Assembly: GCA_034780895.1 (NCBI GenBank)
Contig: JAUZTB010000001.1
Coordinates: 72,769,777 to 72,833,776, forward strand
Direction: 5' to 3'
Length of the DNA: 64,000 nt
From: Rhynchobatus australiae
Taxonomy: Eukaryota
Of this stretch, positions 23,716-35,386 are shown piece after piece. The number at the start of each line of letters is the position of its first letter. Within the stretch, counting starts at the first letter, position 1. A program made the translations under genes and the position numbers. The notes under the pieces are model-generated. The model saw nothing but the letters and a program-made list of their open reading frames with translations, ran no database searches and was not told the DNA's origin.

Positions 23716-25457
23716 CTTAAAGGGAGGTTCATTTTGCCTGCAACCAGTAAAGAAAATCATTCAGAAGATTTGGGATGGTTCAGCAAGCCATGACAGAGCA
23801 TGGAAGAGAGTGGGCTCCCTGATTTTCCCATGTTGCTCTGGATGTCTTGCTCTAGTAGAGAGATGGAAAAGGACTGTCTATCTAGAAAGAACTAGGAAAC
23901 TCTCCAAGTCCAAAGTCTTGTGGCAGTGAGAGAAGGTTTAACTTGAATGAAGCATTTTGAGACAAAATGATCCCATCTCCCCATAACTGCACCACCAGTG
24001 TCATACACTCTTCATCACTCAGCTATCAACAACCTCCATCTGTCAGGACCAGTGTCTAAACATTCATATGTCCCCATTGTGATTTTGCGTACTTCACTTT
24101 ATTCCAAGTTTCACACTCACGTCTCATCCCTTCCTCACAATGCCCACTAATCAATCATTACAGCCACATCACTCAGCAAGACACTCATTGACACACTTCT
24201 CTCTCTTTTGCAGGGAAAGAAATTGCAAAACCAAGGCTAACAGCAGGAAAGAGTGACAAGCACAAACCCATTGATTCACTGGTCTAAAGGACTGAGTGCT
24301 GTTGATTAATGATGCAGCTGTTATCATATCTGTGGTCAGTGGTGGCACAAGATAATAAAAGAGGAGAAAAATCTTAATACCTAATTTATTTCAAATCTCA
24401 CTTCCCACTTATCTCACAATTTCAGATTTACAAACTGCTTCCTTAAACCCTCTCCTCACCATTTCCCTCCCTGTTCTTCTTTCTGATAGCAAAGAATTGC
24501 AAACTGGACAGGCAATGGTCAAGCATTGAGAAAGCCATCCCATCATTTGAACTGCCACTTCCAACCATCAGCTTAGATAATGTCTCTTTCGTTAATGAAA
24601 AGGGTAGCCTAGATAGAAAATCCACACCTGGTGGGTCACCAGCTACAAGTCCAGGTAGGAACATAGAGTTAGCAACTTTTGAACTCCAGAGGACTCAGTT
24701 GAGGACCTTGATGCGGTAGCAGACAGATGAAGACTGTTGATATTCACAATGAACTGCATGGGGCACGAGCAAGCCTATTTAACATCGTGGGTTTGCGGGA
24801 ATTCAGCTCCAAGCTTAGCTTTATAGAGGTGGGCACGAATCCCAAGTTGCCACCCTTTGGCCTGGCATTGTGGTTGAAATGTAGAAAACATAGCTGACAG
24901 GCACAAGATGGATATGGTATGTGAGCTCTTGGGTGTTCAACATCTTTATAAGGGATTAATGGTTGTGTTTATGTAATATTTGAACATTTATGAAGTGAAC
25001 TCTCCTTACAATCACAGTATCTTTCTGGGTTCAGTGGTAAAGATGTTAAGGTGAAGCGATAAGCAGCTTTATCACCTCATTGTTGGGTATTGGCATTGGT
25101 ATTGGTTTATTATTGTCACTTGTACCGAGGTACGTTTAAAACTTGTCTTGCATACCAATCGTACAGGTCAATTCATTACACAGTGCAGTTACATTGAGTT
25201 AGTACAGAGTCCATTGATGTGGTACAGGTAAAAACTGGCTGGGTGTCAACCAGCAGCACAATGGAGCCATGGTAAACCCACCTATGAGGCAGCACCTCAG
25301 ACTGTACTGGAGTACCACACAGGACTGTCAACTCTGTGCTCAGCCTGATGCGAGAAGTGAGTCACGGATGACCACTGAAAAGTTTTTTGGGTTTGGTGAG
25401 TCATGATTGCCCAGATGGTCCCAGTTTAATGATGCCATTTTTGTTTCTCCCCCACAG

Positions 25458-25628
25458 CTCCCAACCAACCAGAACGCTCCGCCCCTTCACAGGAGTTCTG
25501 CTTTGACACTGTCACTAATTCCAACTATGCAGTCGGCGAGGAGTGGGAACGAATGTCCGAGACCGGATTCAAACTGTGGTGCATATGCATAGGTTATGGA
25601 AATGGTCATTTCAAGTGTGACTCATCTA
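25458..25628 (+). CDS. FN1: Fibronectin exon, FnI-10
   Basis: ccacag| ... CTA|gtgagt; [43 protein letters not shown]. Confidence 0.96.
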
Positions 25629-26811
25629 GTGAGTAGTCTGTGGTATCTTCTCCAAACCCCACTACAGCTACCCTCACCTCGTCACACAAGCCTCCCTCGG
25701 CATGTTTGAGATGAGCTAATTTCTGTAAAGGGCACTGAAATAAGCAAACATGGACGGGGCGCATTGGTTGACAATTCCACAGCCAATGCAAGCTTTCAGA
25801 AATGACCATTTGACATGTGACCTCAGTGGTCACATGGATAATGCTTTGCTTCCAAACAGTGATCAGACCAGGAAGTTGGAACAGTGGCCAAGATCCACTT
25901 AGGATGGAGTGACTTTTCTTGGAATTTAGGATACACATGTGAATGAACTACTTTGCCATGAGTCTGAGGAAGTATATTGAAATGCATCTTAAATGTTGCT
26001 TTGTGCAAGGATGGTTACATTAGTTTGTTGAGTGACCATTTGTTTCATCACTGGGTTCTTTAGTTTATAAAATTCACCCAGGCTTTATAAAGGAACATGA
26101 GGCACAAAAGCAAGTAAGTTGTACTAAACCTCTCCTCATGAGTGATTTGTCCTCAGCTGGCGTATTGTGTCATCACAAACAAGGCATTGTAGAAGGTATA
26201 CATTTAATACTAGCGATGAGGTGGGCAAGGAGACTTATCAGGGGTGTTGCTAGTTTGGCTGGTTTTATTGACGGGAAGATTTCCACTGGCAGAGTCCAGA
26301 ATCAGAAGGCACCAATTTAGGGGCAAATTAAACTGACTGTATGAGGGACGATGGATGTTTTTGTGATCAGGCACAGTGGCAGATTCAATCGTAACATTCA
26401 AAAGGGAATTGGATAACTTCATTGAAATGATTACGTTACGACAAAGGAAAATGCTGGGGGCACAGAACTAGTTTAGTATCTGATACCATGAGCAAGCACA
26501 TTGAACCAACATCCTCCTTTGAAGTTAAGGTAGAAGGAAAATTACGTTGTGTCGCCCATTATTCCACAGAACACAACTGCCCACTCTGGGGTTGAGCCCA
26601 TTAGGTCCAGGATACTGTGGGCAGCCAGTTAGATGGGTCTGACTTGGTTTGTGGGGATTAAGCAGCTACTTATAGCTACTGTCAGCTAAAAGATGAATGC
26701 AAAGTGGGGGTGAGGGGAGGCCCCCTGAAAGGGGCACTGAAGGTGGATTGTTACTTGCTTGTATTGGCGAGTGTGATTCAGTAACCATTGACTTCATTAT
26801 CTTCTGTCCAG

Positions 26812-26937
26812 AATGGTGCCACGATGGCGGCAACAACTATAAAGTGGGTGAGAAATGGGATCGGCGCGATGAGAATGGCCAAATGGTCAGCTGCACTTGT
26901 CTGGGCAACAGAAAGGGCGAATATAAATGTGAACCAC
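26812..26937 (+). CDS. FN1: Fibronectin exon, FnI-11
   Basis: gtccag| ... CAC|gtaagt; [41 protein letters not shown]. Confidence 0.97.
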
Positions 26938-27685
26938 GTAAGTCGATGAGCAAATGCCACTGGGGCTGTTGTCCTTCTCTGTGTCTTTTACCGGATTTCT
27001 CCTTGTCCTTGAGGTTCCATCAGTCCCTGGAGTGCAGCAGGGATCAGGTGTGCACATGGCCAGACATGGTCCTAGAAGGCTTGGGCCACCCAGCCAAACT
27101 CGCCAAGGTGTTCTGGCTTGAGAACAAGAGTCCAGTCCTACCTGCACCACGATGGGAAACTGTTCCACTGTGGAACATAAGAACAGAAGTTGGCCACCAA
27201 GGCCCAGAAGTAGACAATGGCTAATCTGCCCCACTGAAATCAAAGCAGCACGCTTTTGGAAGCATTATGCACCCTAGAACCGCAGGTTCATTTTGCATGT
27301 ACCTAGTGACCTAGGTTGAATTTCCACCCTTTGTGTGTGTGCAGGTGCTTGCACATTCCACAGTTGTCTCCCTCTGCCCACCACCTCTAAGTTTGCCACA
27401 CAGTTAGTTGGTCCCATCCCATGTTTGCATTAAGGACTAAGCAGGATTGGTTTTCAGTGGCAGCTCCACAATCTGCCTGCTGTTCCTGACTCATCAGCTT
27501 CTCTGCACATATTGATGCTTTAAAAATTGAGGAACCCAGGCTAATCCCCTGGACCTTTAGCACCAAACCCCACTCACATCAACTTAATCAAGGCAGGCTG
27601 TAGCATTTCCCCCGACCCACCTCCAGCCTCCCATTAAGATTTCTACCTCTGCACTTTTTTTTGGTGACCACCCTTAATGTAGCAT

Positions 27686-27965
27686 ACATAGAACATTATA
27701 GCACAGAACAGGCCTTTCGGCCCACAATGTTGTGCCGACATTTTATCCTGCTCTAAGATCTATCTAACCCTTCCCTCCCACATAGCCATTTCGCTATCAT
27801 TCATGTGTCTAAGAGTCTCTTAAGTGTCCCTAATGTATCGGCCCCCACAACCTCTGTTCCACGCACCCACCACTCTCTGTGGCGTCCCCCTTATATCTTC
27901 CTCCAATCACCTTAAATATATGTCCCCTCCTGTTAGCCAATGTCGCCCTGGGGAAAAGTCTCTGA
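27686..27965 (-). mobile_element. Young CR1 3' end; similar copies at 29248-29410, 43972-44337, 49827-49913, 50935-51220 (-) and 52320-52845 (+)
   Basis: catagaac...caggcc(c/t)ttcggcccacaatgttgtg recurs; the 44045-44497 ORF gives GDMIEVYKMLRGIDRVD...TRGHGFKV...WNALP. Confidence 0.8.
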
Positions 27966-29523
27966 CTTGTTGAATTGAATTCATTTTAGACCAGAATGAG
28001 CGAGTTTCACTCCACCTGGGTCGCATGGGGTTTGACCACATTCCCCTTTCTCTGCCTGCCTCCATGGGTTGTCCGTGAAGACGGTATCTGCTGCATTCTG
28101 AAGAGATTCTCGTTTTCATACTCAGTCCACTCCTGAGAATATTACAAGTGTACAATGTGCCGCTGCGCCATACGGTAACGCACTCTGGTGGGTGCAGCAC
28201 CCAGCGTATATCACGCAACATATCAGCATCTGCAATGTGTTTCAAATGGGATAAAGCAATCCCTTCCCATGCAAGGCATTATGTGGACAACATACTGCCT
28301 GCAATTTGTACGTTGGCTCACTACCTGGTTCCCGTGGCTCGCTGAGTTCTCAGTCGTTCAGAAGGGTTAATTCCAGGATCTATTCCCCTCAATGGATTGT
28401 GACTGCGGGTATCCCAGAGATTAAAATACACGTTTTCAGGGCAATAGATGATTAGGTGTGAAATTACAGCTTGCCCAATGTTTCCTTGGACGCATTCTCC
28501 ACTGGAACTCCGAATTGTGGAATCCCCTTTTCTATGTATTCTCTGACCAGGAATTCACCATGGGAATAAAAGTGAGAGTATCAGTGAGTTGAGGGAGGGA
28601 ATCCTGTTGTTTTTGGAGATACCTTCCTCCTCCGTACAGGGTGCGCTGTTGCTGTTTTCGCAGATCGACTCAACTTTAAATTGACTGCAATGCCGTGATT
28701 AGACTGCATCAGGAGCATCACGCCCTGTCCTGCGGAGCGGTCTGACCGCTAACTCTGCTACCACCATTCAGGGAGTGAACTAATGCCATTGTTCCTGTTG
28801 GTGAGCCGATCCACGGTCTTGGTGGATTGGCAGGAGAAGAAAACTGGTTCAACATACTGTCCAGCATACAAGTTCTGCACTAAAAATGGCTGAAGATTCA
28901 AGGACAGATGCATTCAGAAGTAAGAGTATTTTTAACTGTGTGATGTGTTAATTACTATTAAATATCTTCTCTGTTTTTTTTGGCAAGTATGGAGTTTTCT
29001 TCCCTTGGATTGAAATCACTGTTGGGGAAGTAACTATATTAATATTTTCTGTCCATTTTATTCCTCTAATTCCATCTGTATCAAATATTTTGCTTTTCAT
29101 ATATAAGTTTGCTTTATAATTGCTAGTGGATATTTGCAGCCTGTCGNNNNNNNNNNNNNNNNNNNNNNNNNNNNNNNNNNNNNNNNNNNNNNNNNNNNNN
29201 NNNNNNNNNNNNNNNNNNNNNNNNNNNNNNNNNNNNNNNNNNNNNNCTCTGTGCCTGTGTGTAAAAAAAACCACCTTGCCCCTGACATCCCCCTTGTACC
29301 TTCCTCCAATCACCTTAAAATTACGTCCCCTCGTGTTAACTATTGTCACGCTGGGGAAAAAGTCTTTGACTGTCCACTCAATCTATGCCTCTTATCATCT
29401 TGTACACCTCTATATACCTTGTATACCTCCTGAAGTCTCTTGGCTATCTCTGATTGACCAACCTACACAATGCAGCACTATGTCAAAGTGTTTGTGCTAA
29501 TTGTGTGTTTGTTCAATTCCCAG

Positions 29524-29630
29524 ATGAAGCATCATGTTACGATCAAGGGAACATGTACAACGTAGGGGAACAATGGCAGAAAGAGTACCTTGGCGCCATT
29601 TGCTCATGCACCTGCTTAGGAGGACACCAG
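29524..29630 (+). CDS. FN1: Fibronectin exon, FnI-12 first part
   Basis: tcccag| ... CAG|gtactt; [35 protein letters not shown]. Confidence 0.97.
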
Positions 29631-30706
29631 GTACTTTGTTTCAATATCTAAACTTTCTAGAGATTATTTATTACATTGTGACCTGCCTTAGTATTTTGCC
29701 AGAGTCCCCTCTCAATAACTGAAAGGGTCCATGGCGAAATTCATTCAGATCCAACCTGGTATTTCATGTTTCAGAGGGACAGATGGTGATAATTTCAACT
29801 GGTACCATAAGCAGGAAATGTTGATGTAGTAAGATGTTGAAGAGTTGACCCTGCTTTCAAAGCACGGCACTCTCTTCTCCAAGTCCCAGTTCCACCCCGA
29901 TATGGAGCACAAGATCCAAGCTGACACCCCAGTGCAGTTTGGATGATGTGTTCAGGAATAAGTAAGGCCCTGTTTGCCTGTGGATGGATGTAAAAGATTT
30001 GACTACGCAACTCTGGACTTATGCCTGGACTTAAGAATCTCAGAAAAATACTTGGCAGAGAAAGCATTGCTGGTTGGAAACATCAGGCATTCCGGGTGTG
30101 GTACAACACAGCCATGAAACTGCAGGACTCTGTGCAGTGCTGAATAACGGTGGGAGGGAGGGGTGTGGTTAGAGATTGCTGGAAGGGAGGTTGAGCTAAA
30201 GCTCTGCTGTTCCGACTTTAAAAAGAGGGCTTGCATTCCTGTTGTGCTTTGGGATACCCATAGCGTTTTGGAGCTGATGCAGTTCTTTTGAAGTGCTGCT
30301 GCCCTGGCAATCTAGGGAACACAAGAAGCAAATACGGTAATTCCTTTATCTACAGTTTATTTAGGGATTTTGCTGTCATGCCAGTGACTCCAGAGGGTGC
30401 ATGCCTTTGATTCACAGAGGTATTCTTTGTTATAATGAACGGTATACCATCTCCACTTTTGTAATTTCCTAGTAACCCTCCAGAAGCTGAGTGTTCTCCT
30501 CCCTCCACCCCCACTTGGACTCTGAACCTCACCCTCCTTTTCTCCCGCCCACAATCACTTCAAAATCATTCTGCAAAACCCTCTCCATTGGGCAGTGGTC
30601 ACAGGACCAGACGTCACATTTAACTTGAACGAGCACCCTGGGATGCTCGTACTGTGTTTAAAGCCACCGGCCTCTCTTGCCCCTCACTGCATGTCTTTGA
30701 TTCCAG

Positions 30707-30808
30707 GGCTGGCGCTGCGACAACTGCCGAAGACCCAGACCTGATGCCACGAGAGACGGAGGCAACTTTCCCTCATCCGGCCAGCCGACCACCAACAATA
30801 GGCCAAGG
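30707..30808 (+). CDS. FN1: Fibronectin penultimate exon (end of FnI-12 plus tail)
   Basis: ttccag| ... AGG|gtgagt; GWRCDNCRRPRPDATRDGGNFPSSGQPTTNNRPR. Confidence 0.95.
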
Positions 30809-30859
30809 GTGAGTACCAGCCCTGAAAGGGCACATTAGGGCAAGACTTGTCTTAAACTA

Positions 30860-31084
30860 CAGGATGCTGAGGGCTTTAGTGAGACGGTCACTCCACAGGT
30901 TGTTGGGTGACCACCAGGAAGGGCAGACCAGGGGTGCAGGATTCCCTTGCCCTCAGTAATAAGTGTGCTGTTTTGAATACTGTTGGGGTTGGGGTGGGGT
31001 GGGGGGGGGGGCACTGTCTTTTCAGAAGAGAGCAGCAACAGTAGCCAGGTCTATGGCACTATGACTGCCTCTGATGAATAACTG
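30860..31084 (+). mobile_element. CR1 ORF1 fragment, continuing at 35387
   Basis: Similar to the ORF1 fragment at 37945-38270; last 69 nt identical to 35387-35455. Confidence 0.6.
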
Positions 31085-31819
31085 NNNNNNNNNNNNNNNN
31101 NNNNNNNNNNNNNNNNNNNNNNNNNNNNNNNNNNNNNNNNNNNNNNNNNNNNNNNNNNNNNNNNNNNNNNNNNNNNNNNNNNNNAAATTAGAACAGTCAA
31201 TGCTGAAGGAAAACCCTTTCTTCTGAGTTTTTTTTAAATATCTTGAGCAGAATTCCATGAAAATCAACATTTCACGTTTGTAAAGCTCCTGGAATTACTA
31301 TTGGTTTATTACTGTAAGATGTACTGATGGACCGTGAAAAACTTTGTTTGCGTGCTCTCCCGACAGGTCATTCCATACACAAGTACATCGGTGCAGTAAA
31401 AAGGAAAACAGAGTGCAGAATATGGTGTTACAACGACAGAGAAAGTGCAGTGCACGGAGGCAAATAAAGTGCCAGGGCTACGCCGAGGTAGATTGGGAGA
31501 TCGAGCGTTCATCTTTCAGTGTATGAGAGGTCCGTTCAATATTCTGATGAACCCTTCACAAAACAAAATGTTCCAAGTTCGATTCCAGTGATTGGAGGAT
31601 GCTCTAAGCAGAGGATGGTGAAGCAGTTGTGGGTCACGCTGAAAGCATGACGACAGCGATCTTTGTCTTGGCTCAAAGCTCTTGGCCCAACCTCTGCTCC
31701 AGACACGTTTACCTGAGTGTATAGATCAGTCAGTGGTTCCACAGTACAGGCTGTGTATTCTCCCTCAGGGGAGAAAGTGAAAGATTCAATGTGGACAATT
31801 CTTCCACTTAAACCATGCA

Positions 31820-32075
31820 ACGGTAGAGTGGTGGGTCAGTTACTGGAATGGCAGCTAGACTTCTGGACTATTGGTTCAGAGACATGTTCGAGTCCCACCA
31901 CAGCAGCAGGGCAGTTTAAATTCAGGTAAAAATCAGCCACCCTTACCTGTTTTGACCTATATGTGACTGCTGACCCAATGGCATAATTGACTTCCAACTG
32001 CCTCCTCAGTCCAGTTAGACATAGACAATAAACACCAGCCTTGCCAGCAACATACATATCCTGCAAATGAATAAA
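31820..32075 (+). mobile_element. tRNA-derived SINE sharing its 3' tail with the LINE remnant at 49085-49700(-)
   Basis: B-box-like gttcgagtccc; tail caataaacaccagccttgccagc...catatcctgcaaatgaataaaa. Confidence 0.55.
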
Positions 32076-33119
32076 ACAACAGCTTAATGTCTATGCATTA
32101 TCTCATTGGTCTTTTTTCTCCTTTTCTGTGTGCACATTGGCTGCCGTTATCTCCACACTAAAAGCCGCCATTGATTGGAAAGTACTTTGGGATGTGTAAT
32201 GGATTTTAATTGCGCTATTTAAATTGCATAGAATTTCGCTGCATTGTAGTTTCTTTCTCTGAATCTAGGATCACGTTTGGAGTGGATGGCAGTAATCAGT
32301 TGAGAGAGTTGAGGTAACGTGTCGGATGGAAATATAATTGAATAATGCAGACGCAGCTCAAGAAAACAGCTAAAGGCGGCTCTGAAGATGGGCAAGCCAT
32401 TTCCTTAAGGATAGGAAGGGGCAGGTGTTTGTCACGGAAGTTTTGACATATACGAACTAGTTGCATTAAGAAATTCAATGCAAATTGATCAGGTTCGTGG
32501 GTGACAACTGGAAAAAAGAGTAGAACATTGTTATGAGCATGCTAGTGATGGGGGTTTGGGAAAAGAATCAGTCTGGGAGTGTGAGAATTTAATGTTGAGC
32601 TGGTAAACCCAGTGATAATGTTGGTAATTAAGCTTTGGAGGGATAAAGTCATGAAGGTTTTTTTTTAGGATTGAAAGATTTCATATTGAAGTAGAGCGAA
32701 CATGAGATCCAGGCAGCTGTACAAAGGTTAGCTGTCTTGCACCTCAGGGTTAAATCTCAGACCTGACTGCCATTTAAAGTTCTGTTTGATGTCGATCAGT
32801 TCTGTTTGCAAACAGACTTGGTGCGAGGTCAAGGTCCATCTCGGAAAGAAGGGAAACTGAACCTCTCCAATCTCACAAGAAACGTATGTCAAGTTACAAA
32901 CAATCAGTTTCAGGCAGATTGGAGAATGGGAGCGGTTGGGAATTGCTGGCTGTGTCGAAGTAAGTGTTGTGAGCAAATTAAAGTGACAATATCATTATTC
33001 AAATGCTCTTGGCAAACACTCAAAATGATGGTGTGGCCTCCATGGAAACTTGTCACTGCATCACAACAATGTGTTACTAGCACCTGACATTTAACCTCCC
33101 TCTCTTTCCAGTAAGAAAA

Positions 33120-33312
33120 ACACTTACACACATACACACACACACACACACAGACTCAATCTCATACACACACATTCAATCTCCTACACCCACATACGCG
33201 CATACACACTCTCTTACACAAACACAGACTCAATTTCATACACGCACATGTACACACACAATCACACACACATAAACACACACGCACATAAAACACACAC
33301 ACACACACACAC
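33120..33312. repeat. Imperfect (CA)n microsatellite
   Basis: Directly visible. Confidence 0.95.
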
Positions 33313-35386
33313 TCTCTTCCTCTTCTCCGCCAGTCCTTCAGAATAGAGGATGAATTACTTCCACTGTGGTTTGGTGGGATCTGAGGTGGTTGATGCGGCC
33401 AATGTAGGGACCATGGACTCTTCCACAAGTGGGGCAGGAGGTGGCAGGTAGTGGGGGCGGAGGAGTTGGGGGGCCAGCTTACAAGATGGCGCACTCCTTC
33501 CCCTACATACACAGGATCCCTGTGTGCTCCCTGCGCATGGCCTCGAGGTTCTCGATACCATCCCAAATGCTCCTTCTCCACTGTGGGTAGTCAGAGGCCT
33601 GAGATCCCAAGGAGTCAGTGGGGATGTTCCAACTTCCTCAAGGCAGCTGTGCGCACATCCTTGAATCGTTTCCTTTATACGTCTCGTAACACACAGACGA
33701 ACAAACACACATATAACAAAGATATAATTACATTAATTACACTGCCAGTCCATGTTCCAAAGGTTCATCCATTTAAAACCAAGCCAATTTCATCCTACCA
33801 GCCCTAAAAATACAGCAAGCTGTGCCATTGAAAAATTTATTTTCTGCAAAATATTCAAGCCTTAATATGCACGGAGAAGGGGTGGGTTTAAAAGAAGCAA
33901 AAATGTTGTGTTATTTCTGGAATATTCCAGAACATAGAGATGAGGGCACCTGGGTAAAATATGGATGAGCAAATTGCTCCTTCACCCCTGGAATTGGGTT
34001 TGACTGCAGCCAAGTGATGGATGAAGGTCCCTGTGCCAGCTCTGTGAGGCTGAATGAGTCAGGCACTGGGCATAGGTCCACAGCTCAAACCCAGCACAGA
34101 TCTGACGGTCTCTCTCAGAGAAGCCGAACTGGAGTGGGAGACGGTCAAATGCCACACTGATGCAGGAGGGGGCACTCTCCTGGGACTTGTGCTGAGCCAG
34201 GTCCCAGGGATCGAACAATGAGAACTCCACTCTCCATTGATCCCTGCTGTGAGTTGCTCAGAAGAGTGCGTCTTGCAAACCCTGGGTGCCTGAGTTGAAA
34301 ATTTCCAATCCCAACAGTGGAGTCCCTCATCAAAAATAGAGAAATGAACATTTCACTTCAAGAAAAGGGAATTTATCAGAAAATTAAACTGTGTGGCACT
34401 CAACTGTAGGGCGAGGAGGATCTGATTTGAAGTTCTTGCCTGCGAAGCTGGTTGTATTGACTCATGCTGAGAGGGAGGAGATAAGTGCTCAGCAGATCCA
34501 GCTGGAGGAAGGAAGGTGGATTCAGGAGCTGCTGGCTCTGCTAGCTAAGATGCTTCCTAATCCAAGTTGTCAGTCGACCAATGGAAGGCTGTGGGAGGAG
34601 TATCGTTGTAAAGGCCCCTGGTGCGTTGGAGTGCAGGGAAGGGAGTGCTTCCAAGGGAACTCAGGTCACAAGTGCAGGTAGTAATCCATCTACTCCTGGG
34701 CCCACAAAGCAAATACACAAACTCACCTTTGGTGGATTGACCAAGTTCTTGGTGTCCAATGGCCATCGTAGATTAGGATGGTAGCATCAGCGGGAAACAC
34801 TAGCCGGACTACAGGGAAATATTGGGGAAATGAAACTGACTATATTGCTCTAGAAACAGCCAACATAGACACAATGGTCCTGATGACTTCCTTCTGTGTC
34901 ATAGCAATTGCATGATTCAATGACATCAGATGTCACAGACATGAGTCCCCACCCTGACCAGGGGACACCCCACTCCCCCAAAAGATCAGGCAATTAAACA
35001 ATCCAAGATTCGGGAACAGTATGGCTATTTCTCTCTGATCCCATTACAGTGGACTTTCAACCCTCTCCCTGACCTTCACACTGAGTCAGGGCATTGAGTA
35101 TAGGAGTTGGGAATGTTTTGTTGCAGTTGTACATGGCTCTGGTGAGACTGCACGGAGTAGACGTTTGGGCACCTTGCTATAGGAGAGCCGTCATTAAGCT
35201 GGAAAGAGAGCAAAAAGATTGACAAGAATGTTGCCAGGGCTACAGGGAGAGGTTAGGCAGGGTAGGACTTTACTCCTTAGAGTGTAGGTGACCTTACAGA
35301 GGTGTATAAGATAGTTAGGGGCATAGGTAGGGCGAATGCATACAGTCTTTTTCTGAGGGAAAGGGAATCAAAAACTAGAGGGCACA

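Noticed and set aside
33451-33807. Cys-containing ORF as candidate FN1 last exon
   Set aside because: No CPxEC similarity; the true terminal exon is at 38377
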